Shown piece after piece: positions 1 to 9,375 of a stretch of DNA of 64,000 nt. The stretch is from assembly GCA_963555755.3 (NCBI GenBank), contig OY820905.2:800001-864000 (forward strand), given 5' to 3'. The notes below the pieces were generated by a model that did not search any database, had not been told where the DNA came from, and was given only the letters and a program-made list of their open reading frames with translations. Positions within the stretch are counted from its first letter, which is position 1; every line of letters begins with the position of its first letter. This stretch comes from Nitrospirales bacterium (lineage in GTDB: Bacteria > Nitrospirota > Nitrospiria > Nitrospirales > UBA8639). The position numbers were made by a program, and so were the translations under genes.

Positions 1-864
1 AAACGTGTAGCCCAAGAAGTCGAAGGCGGTGATTGGATACCCCAGACGCCGATCGGCATCTTTGCAGTATACAATCTGGGTCTTCTCCGAATGGAGTTCA
101 AGCCCCCAATCCGCAAAGCGCCGCGCTAACGCCCCTTTCAGATGTTCGGCCTGTTTCCGGGTGCGACAGTGACACACCCCATCGTCGGCATACCGCTCAA
201 ACGGGATGTGCGGATAGTACCGCCTCATCCACGCATCGAAGACATAATGCAGAAACAGGTTCGCCAGCAACGGACTGACGACACCCCCTTGCGGCGTGCC
301 TCGGGTCCGCTCCCGCACCGTCCCGTCCAACACTTGCTCCGGAGCTTTCAACCATCGCTCGATATAGAGCAGCACCCACGTAGCTTGGGTATGCCGACGC
401 ACCATGGCCAGCAGCCGGTCATGGTCGATGGTGTCGAAGAACCCTTTGATGTCAAGGTCCACCACCCAGTCATAGCGCCAACACCGCCTGCGCGCCTGCC
501 CAATCGCTTGATGCGCTGATTTCCCCGGTCGGTAGCCATAGGAATCCGGGTGAAAGTGGGCTTCCACTTCCGGTTCCAGGGCCTGTTTGACCACTGTTTG
601 CGCAATCCGGTCTGCCACGGTCGGGATCCCCAACGGACGGCTGCCGCCGCCTGCCTTGGGAATCTCCACCCGCTTGACCGGCAGGGGCCGATAACTCCCA
701 GAGGCCATCCGGTTCCAGAGCTTATAGAGGTTGTTGTCCAACCTCTGCTCAAAGTCCGCCACCGTCTGGCCATCCACCCCAGCCCCACCCTGATTGGCTT
801 TCACTCGTTTGTAGGCTTCCCACACCTGACGTTGGGTAATGGGAAATGGCTTGGCCTGAGTCAC
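1..864 (-). CDS. ltrA: Group II intron reverse transcriptase/maturase (partial, open at window edge; several substitutions at usually conserved sites)
   Basis: Manual translation from GTG 864: [70 protein letters not shown]. Absent from the ORF track because there is no stop in the window. Confidence 0.92.
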   Translation of the reverse strand, partial: MTQAKPFPITQRQVWEAYKRVKANQGGAGVDGQTVADFEQRLDNNLYKLWNRMASGSYRPLPVKRVEIPKAGGGSRPLGIPTVADRIAQTVVKQALEPEVEAHFHPDSYGYRPGKSAHQAIGQARRRCWRYDWVVDLDIKGFFDTIDHDRLLAMVRRHTQATWVLLYIERWLKAPEQVLDGTVRERTRGTPQGGVVSPLLANLFLHYVFDAWMRRYYPHIPFERYADDGVCHCRTRKQAEHLKGALARRFADWGLELHSEKTQIVYCKDADRRLGYPITAFDFLGYTF

Positions 865-1411
865 GAAAGTCCTCCCATCGCTGGTTGCTCTCTTCCCTCA
901 AGCCCGATAAGGCAACCCCTTCGCTCCAGCTCCATTACAGAACCTTCTTCACTACTACGAGTTGCTCCGCCCCTGTACCCCGCCTCGGTACTCTCACGCT
1001 TGTGGGACCTCCACTTGCGTTTCTCCCTTCGCATCGGGGTGACAGGTTCCCACGTTCTCCACAAGAGCCTGGACCGCCTTCTCGCCGCCTTCATGCCGGA
1101 CGCCATCTGGCCAGTAACCAGGTGCCCGCCAGATTCCTCCCGGAGTAACGATCCCCCCCCGGTTTTGACGTCATCCCTACGCTTTCGACACGTCCTCAGC
1201 GGTTCACTCACGTTCGACTCGACGGTCCATACCTGACAGGGTCTTGCCCTGCCTTTTCCCATTGCGCTCACCACCACCTCTCTTAAAGGCAGCAGCCATG
1301 GGTGGTTTGAAGCCTCCGCCTGTACAGCGACTTCGAGGGGCCTCCCCTCATCTCTTGTGCAGCATGGCTGCACAAAGGACTGACGTCCTTTTGTGCGCCT
1401 TCGTGGCGCAC
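1..1411 (-). mobile_element. Group II intron, RmInt1-like (bacterial class D); 3' part runs off the window start
   Basis: 5' boundary GTGCGCC at 1411 on the minus strand, then a domain I-III-like leader and an RT ORF. Predicted EBS1 (1147-1153) and EBS2 (1178-1182) pair with the upstream exon. Confidence 0.9.
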
Positions 1412-2216
1412 GATCATCGGCATACCGCACGATCTTGGCTCGGAGAGAGCGTCCAACCTCTGGACGGGCCCAGCTCCGATCCACCTCATGCAAGTACACG
1501 TTCGCCAAGAGCGGGGAAATCACGCCGCCCTGGGGTGTACCCTTCCGAGAGCCTTTGCCCCCACTCACGCGCGTCGTTCCGTGTCCAGCTTCCTCAACCA
1601 CTGACACCGTTAGCCATTGCTTGATGAGGCCTAAGACGGCCCCATCCGCAATCCGTTTCGCCACGGTGGCCATCAGTTTGGCATGGGGAATGCTGTCGAA
1701 ATACTGGGACAGGTCGGCATCAAGGACAGAGCCGTACCCCGCGTGCAGCGCTGTGGCCACCGCATCCGCCGCATCATGGGCAGACCGCTGTGGACGAAAC
1801 CCATACGAGGTCTCGCAAAAGTCCGCCTCGAAGATCGGCTCAATGACCAGCTTGACGGCCATCTGCGCCACTCGATCGGTGATGGTCGGAATCCCGAGGG
1901 GCCGGTGACCCCCATCAGGTTTGGGGCGCCACACCCGTCGCACCGCTTGTGCGCGATACCGCTTACTCTTCAGCTCGGCTTGCAGCTTCCTGAGAAATGC
2001 TTCTCTCCCTTCTTCCGCGTCGATGGCCTCCCACGTGCGCCCGTCTATTCCAGGTGCCCCGTGGTGGGACCGGACCAAGGCATAGGCATGACTCAGAATG
2101 TCCGCCTGGGTGACCTTGTCGTACAACGCATAGAAGCGAAAGCCAGATTCAGACTTGGTCTTCCGATACAGCTTCCTCTGTAGTGTCCTGATCGTACTTG
2201 GGGTTGATAGCGCCAT
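1412..2216 (-). pseudogene. Group II intron RT, interrupted one base after the YADD codons
   Basis: [57 protein letters not shown], then the inner intron. Confidence 0.9.
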
Positions 2217-2706
2217 GGCAATCCCCGGATCCTCCACTCGTCGAAAGCGTGAACAAAGTAGGGTCCCTTCCCTCGGACCGGGTTATGTTGTCCCAGGCCC
2301 TCTAACGGTACTATGAACCCCTCCGACTCCCACGACGGCCCTCAGCGATTTCGGTCTCCCTTATACGCCTTGGTTGCGGGTTCTGCGCCCGCACCGTCGT
2401 GGGTCTCCCGTCCTGCACGGTGTCTCTTCCGCCACATGCCGCCCCTGCTACCCCGGAAGATCCTGAGGGTGGGTGTTCGTTCTACTCCCTCAGACAGCGG
2501 CCTTCCCCTTCTGACCACAGGGTCGGCATCTCCAAATACGTCACGAGGCGACGTCTAGGTTCGCTTGCGCTACGGCCTGCAGCTTTGCCCATGGGAAACT
2601 TCAACCCCTGATTACTCAGACGCTGCTTCCCGGTACTAGAAAGGTGTACGAACAACTCCTTTCGCGGGACTTTAACCCGCTAGACACACCGCCGATGACG
2701 GCATGC
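1412..2706 (-). mobile_element. Outer group II intron (5' portion), host of the inner intron; class not assigned
   Basis: RT ORF preceded by about 490 nt of intron-like leader (..TCTAGCGGGTTAAAGTCCCGC..). The 5' end is approximate and looks degenerate (GCATG instead of GTGYG). Confidence 0.75.
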
Positions 2707-2849
2707 GGTCAAATCTTTGGTTGACTAATTAGGGCTTGCTGATAAAAGCTCACCCCATTGATTTGAGTAGCCTTCTGCATGTAAGAACAGGGGGAGACGT
2801 GCACAGAAAGTTCCCCCCTCTTCCCTAAAAGCTTGCACCAGGAGAACCC

Positions 2850-4571
2850 ATCTATCGGACACCTCATGTGAATCAACTGGCCTTTGAAGAGTTCGTCTTG
2901 CCCTTTGGCGGCAAACTCCGCAGTGCCAACCGGTGGGTGATGCTCGCGAAGCACATTCCCTGGGCCGAAGTCGAAACAGCGTACGCGCAGCAGTTTTCCC
3001 CAGACGACATCGGGTCTCCCGCCAAGTCCTCGCGGCTCGCGTTGGGGGCCCTCATCTTACAAGCGCGCCTGGGAGTCACGGATCGTGAACTCGTGGCACA
3101 GATTGCCGAGAACCCCTCTCTGCAATATTTTTTGGGTCTCATGGCGTATCAAGCAGAGGCGCCGTTTCATCATTCTCTGTTGACCACCTTCCGTACACGG
3201 TTTCCTGACGAGAGCCTTGAGAAGATCAACGAAGCCATCGCGCGGCGGATGGCTGACGCCCAGCCAACGAGCGATGAACCAAGAGAAGCGAAAGGAGAAG
3301 GCGAGGCCGCTCCTCCGAAAGGCCAGCTCCTCATTGATGCCACCTGTGTGCCCGCCGATATCAAATATCCCACCGACCTGCACCTCCTGCATGACGCCCG
3401 CGAGAAAACCGAAGAGCTCATCGATCACCTGCCTGCCGCTCGGACCACGGCCCAGAAGAAGCCTCGCACCTATCGGCAGAACGCCCGACAGGATTATTTG
3501 CGCATCGCAAAGAGCAAAAAGCCGAAGAGCCAGAAACTCCGACGAGGGATTGGCAAACAGCTCCGGTTTCTCCGGCGCAAGCTTAGCGCAATGGCCGGCA
3601 TGGCCCAAGACGGATTACTTGTCACCTTACCCAAGACACGCGACCGCCAGCTGCTCGTCATTCAAGAACTGTATCGGCCACAGCGCTGGATGTACACGCA
3701 GCGCTGTCATCGTATCGCCGATCGGTTGGTCAGCCTCCGCCAGCCGCATGTCCGTCCCATCGTGCGTGGCAAAGCCGGGTGCCCGGTCGAATGTGGCGCC
3801 AAAATCTCGGTCAGTCTGGTGGCGGGGGTCAGTTTTGTGGATCGCATCCGGTGGGATGCCTACAACGAATCCCTGGATTTCGTGGGACAGCTCGAAGCCT
3901 ATCGTCGACGGTTTGGCCATGATCCGGCTTCGGTGCACGTGGACCAAATCTACCGCACCCGTGCCAATCGTCAGTTTTGCCACAGCCAAGGCATTCGCCT
4001 GTCGGGACCACCCTTGGGCCATCCCCGGGTGATGAATGAGTCCACCGCCGAGCAGGTGAAGCAAGACCAGCAACAAGGCCGAGACGATGCCACGGCCCGG
4101 ATGGCCATTGAACCTAGAAACGGCAGTTGGGCGCAAAAAAGCCGTGTAAGATATTGGTGTGCATGGTGAAATACAAAAAGTCGTAGTCACCTCGGTGGTG
4201 ATAAGACATTTTTGTATTTTATCAGGTGCGCCAAGAGCTTGCGCGGACTTTTGTGATCCAATTGCTGTTTCTAGGTTGAAGGCAAGTTTGGGCAAGGCAA
4301 ACGGCGGTTTGGGTTAGGACGCATGATGGCCAAGCTTGCCATCACCTCCGAAGCGATGAGTCAGATCTCGTTTCTGGTGATGAACTTGGAGCACCTCCTC
4401 CTCCGAGTCGGGTCTTGTTTGTGTTGGGCTTGCTGCCCGAGCTGGAAGAGTACGGAGAAAGACCTTCTGGGGGCCAGCTGGCTCAAGCTGAAGCCGGATT
4501 GTCGGGCTCGTAGTGGTAGCAGAGTTGAAGCCCGGTGGGTCTGGAGTCCGCAATTGATTGCGGCTTGGTGA
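2850..4571 (+). pseudogene. IS5-family transposase, split by MITE-A, start codon apparently lost (ATC)
   Basis: LPFGGKL..NRWV, DATCVPADIKYPTD, QPHVRPIVRGK. Removing 4113-4280 restores AIE|GKFGQGKRRFGL. Confidence 0.9.
4113..4275. mobile_element. MITE-A (163 bp), empty form
   Basis: TIR CCTAGAAAC/GTTTCTAGG with TTGAA duplicated on both sides; related copies start at 12392, 19230 and 41698. Confidence 0.92.
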
Positions 4572-4889
4572 GGGGATATTTGAAAAGGCTTTTTTCAGCA
4601 ACCCCTAATTAACGTCTCCACCTGTTTTTTGCACATAACTGAAAGCGGTGATCGCCGAGGTGTTTCGCTTCGGTCCACTCCCACGCAGGCCATTGCCTTA
4701 GATTGCACAGGTTGCCCAAAAAAGAGGAATGTCCACCTCCCTTTCTCAGCCCTTATCCGACGCCTGCTGGCTGGCCCACAAGGGTCCCCTCAAAAGCGCG
4801 TTTTTAAAACCCGCATTTTCAGGGCTTGCTACTTTTGCGTGACAACCTCTCAATGGGTGTACGCTAACTTATTTTGTTAAAATGTTCAT

Positions 4890-4918
4890 TTGTACATTAT
4901 TACATTTTATGGTAGGCT
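4890..4918 (+). promoter_or_regulatory. Putative sigma70 promoter of the TA operon with overlapping AATGT/ACATT inverted repeats
   Basis: TTGTAC-N17-TAGGCT with a TG extension; it lies directly upstream of the antitoxin once IS1595 is removed. Confidence 0.5.
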
Positions 4919-4945
4919 TAATACCATAGGAAACCTTCATGCCTA

Positions 4946-6173
4946 TCAGGAAAGTGCACAAAACCTCACGGGTGGAGCCAGTAAGCATGCCACCACCGCT
5001 CGATGAAACAAGCGCGGCACATCATGGCGACGATTCAACCGATACGTAAACTCTCCCAAGTACCGGCCAAGATGTTTGACCCGTACCCCGTGATGCGTCC
5101 CATTCACCCAGGCTTTCGCATTGGAAATAAACTTATGCACCCACGGGAGCTATCGCTCACATGCTTCCTTATCGCCAGAGACAACTTGATAGTCGAGATC
5201 CACCCCGGCCACATGGCGCAAGCTCGGACTCCCATCGGTATTCACCATGGCGCCTGCTCGAATCCCGGTGTCCACGAGCTGTTGAGCATGCGTCTTGGTT
5301 TCTTTCGCGACCAACACCTTGGCAAAACCAGTGCGACTGCGGGCCCGACCTTTCGCATCCACCCAGGCCTTCGTCTCAATGGCCACCAGCACATCGCATT
5401 GATTCCCACTGGCCCGACGCCCAAACGTCCCGGCATCCAACTCCAGCACGCCATCGCCAACCTGATAGCTGGCATCCCGGTGTTGCAAGGCGGCCCGAAT
5501 CTTTTGCAGCATCCCCCACACACGGCCATAGGACTTCACGCCCAAATGCCGTTGGAGTTCCTGCGCGGACATCCCTCGTTTGCCCTGCATCACATAAAAC
5601 ACCGCCTTGACCCAGAGGAGCAGGGAGGTCTTGGAGGCCTCAAAGATCGTCCCCACCCGCAAACGCACTTGGCGAAGACACACTCGGCACGTGCGGACTT
5701 CGGGGCGAGTCCTGATGGCATAAAAGGGGATCATGCAGAATTTAGGGTTCTGGCAGCACAATACGATCAGGTGCACATAAATTTATGGCACTCCTCGTGG
5801 GTGATGTCGCCTCTCCTTTTGAGCGAATGGCGTCGTCTTGTATTTTTAGGTCGCTGCCGCATCTCATGCTGCCTCTTCCTGGCGTCATAGCCCCTTGGTC
5901 CGTGGGAAGAGGGCACGATACGATCGTGCAGCTACACAAGAAAGAACGCTCACAGGAAGCAACGCCATGGCCAAGAAACTCCATGTGGCCAAAATTGGAT
6001 GGCGGTAGGATAGAACCATATATTCTGGATGATCCATAAAAGGCCTCAGCCTGACCGGTCGGACACTGGAACTCTTTGCCCTGAAAACGACTGCGCCACA
6101 GCAGTGTTCGGGCTTCAGATTCGGTCGTGATCTCGGTAAAGAACCGCTCTGCAGTAAAAGATTCGTAGAACAT
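4946..6173 (-). pseudogene. IS1595 transposase with a 308-bp insertion and an in-frame TAG at 5150-5152
   Basis: Zn-ribbon remnant, GTIFEASK, ELD, TDG, LPWVH..ISNAKAW..GTHHGV, YLGEFTYRLNRR. Confidence 0.9.
5728..6035. mobile_element. 308-bp non-autonomous element inside the IS1595 transposase
   Basis: TIR GGATCATSCAGAAT; 8-bp TSD ATAAAAGG. Removal restores the frame AEAFY|AIRTRP. Confidence 0.85.
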
Positions 6174-6289
6174 CAATCACCTCCAACTCAATGGGAAAGA
6201 ACAGGACTGCAATCCGTCACGTTCTACCACACTGAATCATTGTGTGCACTTTCCTGATAGGCATGGAAACCTTAACAAGGAAAACAGAT

Positions 6290-6541
6290 ATGAGTCGTTT
6301 ATCCATTGAACTCACCGCCGAACAACACCAACAGGTAAAGGCCATGGCCGCCCTTTCTGGCACAAGCATTCGTGACTATGTCGTGACCCGTTTATTCCCG
6401 CTATCTTCCGACGAGGAAGCTGCCTTACGTGAATTGGAAGCGCTTCTTGATAAACGCCTGAAGGCTGCCGAAGCCGGGGCAATTAGTTCAAGAACCGTCG
6501 AAAATATCTTTCAGGACGTCTACCGTGAGACTCAATCGTAA
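6290..6541 (+). CDS. Antitoxin (RHH/ParD-like)
   Basis: MSRLSIELTAEQHQQVKAMAALSGTSIRDYV; directly upstream of a ParE-like gene. Confidence 0.8.
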   Translation: MSRLSIELTAEQHQQVKAMAALSGTSIRDYVVTRLFPLSSDEEAALRELEALLDKRLKAAEAGAISSRTVENIFQDVYRETQS

Positions 6542-6850
6542 ATGCCAGAGTATGAACTCTCCACCTTCGCCGAGGACGACCTGAAAAGTATTGCCCGTTA
6601 TACGCTTGATACCTGGGGGCTTGAACAGGCTAAGCGCTATGAACGTTTGTTGGTCACTCGATTCCGGCAGATTGCTAAAGGCCATATCAGTCCGAGGGCC
6701 TTCCTTTCACACAGACCGGACCTCCTGTTTACCCATTGTGAACATCACTACATTTTCTATCGTTCCCGTGAGGCGCAGTGCCCCTTAATTCTCGCGGTCT
6801 TTCATGAGCGCATGGATTTAATGCAGCGTCTCAAGGACCGTCTGTCATAA
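6542..6850 (+). CDS. RelE/ParE-family toxin
   Basis: YELS..AEDDL..IARYT..TWG..QA..Y, HHYIFY, ILAVFHERMD. Confidence 0.88.
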   Translation: MPEYELSTFAEDDLKSIARYTLDTWGLEQAKRYERLLVTRFRQIAKGHISPRAFLSHRPDLLFTHCEHHYIFYRSREAQCPLILAVFHERMDLMQRLKDRLS

Positions 6851-6966
6851 TCGCGATGTAAGGGAATGGGGTATTCAGGTACATTTTGCTGGGAGGTTGA
6901 CCGTAAGCGATAGCTAGAGGTTTGGCTAAAGAATCTGAGAGGTGATTGTTTTACGCACATCAGGGT

Positions 6967-8353
6967 GAGTTATACTTGAAAGTAGTGTCTAGGATCAGTT
7001 GAAAACACGCGGCGTCTCGGGTTGAAATGGGTGTTGCGAGACATCCACCACAACCACAAAGGAGAGACGCCACGATGCAGGAATGTACCAAATCAGAGGA
7101 AGAAGATCGAGGAAGGACCGATTCGCTGACGGAGTTGATTCGAACAGGGGCGCAGAAGCTTCTTGCCCAAGCCCTGAAAGCGGAGGTGGCCGAGCTCTTG
7201 GCGACCTATGCAGACCAGTCAACGGAACAGGGGCATGCGAGGGTTGTCCTCAGCGGCCATCAGCCGACGCGCGACATTCAGACGGGCATTGGGCCGGTGC
7301 CCGTACAAGTCCCAAAAGTACGGAGTCGCCAGGGCAAACCGGTCACGTTTCACTCGGCGCTGGTCCCCCCGTATGTGCGCAAGTCGGCTAGCTTGGAAGC
7401 GGCGATCCCATGGCTGTACGTAAAAGGCATCTCGACGGGAGAGATGCAACCGGCTCTGGAAGTCCTCGTGGGCCCAGAGGCCAAGGGGCTGTCCGCCAGT
7501 ACGGTGGCTCGGCTCAAGCAGATCTGGCGGAAGGAGTATACCCTCTGGCGACACCGTCGATTCGATGCCGACCAGTGGGTCTATATCTGGGTCGATGGGA
7601 TCTATCGTGGCGTACGAGCTGAAGAGCAGCGCTTAGGTGCATTGGTCGTGATCGGCATGAATGCCTCCGGGGAGAAACATCTCTTAGCGATGGAAGACGG
7701 GATTCGTGAGTCCACCCAAAGTTGGCGGGAAGTCCTGTTGCATCTGAAAGCCCGCGGGCTGAACGCGCCCGCCTTGGCTGTTGGGGATGGCGCCCTCGGC
7801 TTCTGGGCGGCCCTGGAAGAAATCTTCCCGGTGACGCGGCATCAACGGTGTTGGTGCCACAAGACACAGAATGTCTTAAATGCGCTGCCCCAAAGTGTGC
7901 AATCCAAAGCCAAGCAGGCCGTACAAGACATCTGGCGGTCTGAGACCAAAGGGTTGGCGGAACAAGCCGTTGATGTATTCCTCAACACCTATGCGCTCAA
8001 ATATCCCAAGGCCACAGCCTGTTTGCAGAAAGATCGAGAGGAGCTCCTGATGTTCTATACGTTTCCGGCTGCCCATTGGCCGAGTCTCCGGACCACCAAT
8101 CCCATCGAATCGACCTTTGGAACGATTCGGCATCGGACGATCCGCACAAAGGGATGTCTCACGCGAGATGGCATATTGCACAGGATGTTCAAGTTAGGTC
8201 AATGCGCAGAGAAAACATGGAGGCGCTTGCGAGGATTCCGAGAGTTGCCCAAAGTCGTTGCGGACATTCAATTTATCGATGGAATCGAACAGACAACCAC
8301 GGACCCGGTCGCCGCGTGAGTAACGCTTCAGACACTAGATTTGACAATAGCTC
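6967..8353 (+). mobile_element. IS256-family insertion sequence (no matching TSD)
   Basis: Imperfect TIRs GAGTTATACTTGAAAGTAGTGTCT / AGACACTAGATTTGACAATAGCTC. Confidence 0.85.
7075..8319 (+). CDS. IS256-family transposase (open frame, but degenerate at many conserved residues)
   Basis: TGIGPV.V.VPKVR, YIWVDG, RESTQSW, VGDGALGFW, QRCW.HK, RTTNPIESTF. Confidence 0.9.
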   Translation: MQECTKSEEEDRGRTDSLTELIRTGAQKLLAQALKAEVAELLATYADQSTEQGHARVVLSGHQPTRDIQTGIGPVPVQVPKVRSRQGKPVTFHSALVPPYVRKSASLEAAIPWLYVKGISTGEMQPALEVLVGPEAKGLSASTVARLKQIWRKEYTLWRHRRFDADQWVYIWVDGIYRGVRAEEQRLGALVVIGMNASGEKHLLAMEDGIRESTQSWREVLLHLKARGLNAPALAVGDGALGFWAALEEIFPVTRHQRCWCHKTQNVLNALPQSVQSKAKQAVQDIWRSETKGLAEQAVDVFLNTYALKYPKATACLQKDREELLMFYTFPAAHWPSLRTTNPIESTFGTIRHRTIRTKGCLTRDGILHRMFKLGQCAEKTWRRLRGFRELPKVVADIQFIDGIEQTTTDPVAA

Positions 8354-9194
8354 CTCCTGCAGATGGAGGTGAAATGGGTTGGCCCAAATACCCGCCAAGT
8401 CCCATTGCCGCAACAATGGAAAAGCCAATGACCAGGATCGAGGCGAAGGTTCCCATCAATCCTCCCACCAGTAAGGCCAGGAGGAAGAACATCAATCCAA
8501 AACTTAACGGGATCAATGTTTTTAAATCGTGCTGTGCGGATTCTGTAAACGTCATATTCATCATCACCATGCCTGTAAGGTAGACATTGATACCGTGATA
8601 ATTCGCACGGATTTCATCAGCCAGTTTTCGGACAAATGCCACCACCTCCGGCACTTCCGTGGTTTCATTGATCCGAGGAAGTTGGACAGTGACATTGACC
8701 GCCGTGACATGCCCTTTCGCGGAAACCAGACGATTGACGAGTAACGGCTCCGTAAGAGCAATCTCCCGTACCGCTTGAAGTTCTTCATCACCCAGTGTGG
8801 CTCCATCTTCCACGAGGTCTCGGACAATGAGGTCATCCCCGTTCGCCTCGGTGTATTGAAAGTTGGTAATGGAATCGACACGATTGGAATAAGGGATTTG
8901 CCACGCGTCTTTGGTGAGCTTTTCAACGACGGAAAGCATGGATTGGCTAAAGATGTTGCCATCAGTCGCTTCGAGAACAATAAGAACATTGTCATTTTTC
9001 GCGTAGGTATTTTCCAGTGCCTCGAATGCCAAGAGCTCTGGGTTATCCTCACTAAAAAAAATCTGGTAGTTGTTGGTGAAGTACAGATACCGTCCGCCAC
9101 TGGCTGCCAGGCCTACCACCACCAGGCTGACCACAATTATCCACCAGCGATACCGCAGAACCCATGGACCAAATGCTGTCTCGAATTTCTCCAT
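8354..9194 (-). pseudogene. MMPL/RND-family transporter, truncated by IS256
   Basis: N-terminal TM helix, periplasmic loop and first TM bundle only; the sequence stops at the IS256 end. Confidence 0.85.
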
Positions 9195-9375
9195 GAGGAA
9201 TGGCCTTTTTGAAAAATTAATTTGTCTGGAAATCTCTCGGAGCCGGTCCGAGATGAGCCATCGTCACGAGGATGTGTTGGTTTGAGTCAGATGTTTTGAT
9301 CGTGTGTGGCAAATAGTGGGACTATTCAACGAAAAGGAGATCTGGGCAAAGCCAGCGCACCCACGGTAGATCCGT

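Larger units (their letters stand above)
2732..4605 (+). mobile_element. IS5-family insertion sequence
   Basis: TIRs GGGCTTGCTGA / TCAGCAACCCC; TAATTA duplicated at 2726-2731 and 4606-4611. Confidence 0.88.
4938..6265 (-). mobile_element. IS1595-family insertion sequence
   Basis: 23-bp TIR CATGCCTATCAGGAAAGTGCACA; 8-bp TSD GAAACCTT at 4930-4937 and 6266-6273. Confidence 0.92.

Noticed and set aside
861..2237. 458-aa ORF as a full-length RT with a novel C-terminal domain
   Set aside because: Everything after YADD is read-through into the non-coding 5' domains of the inner intron.
4612..4880. Remnant of a further IS hosting the outer intron
   Set aside because: Only weak motif resemblance; no TIR or reading frame could be established.
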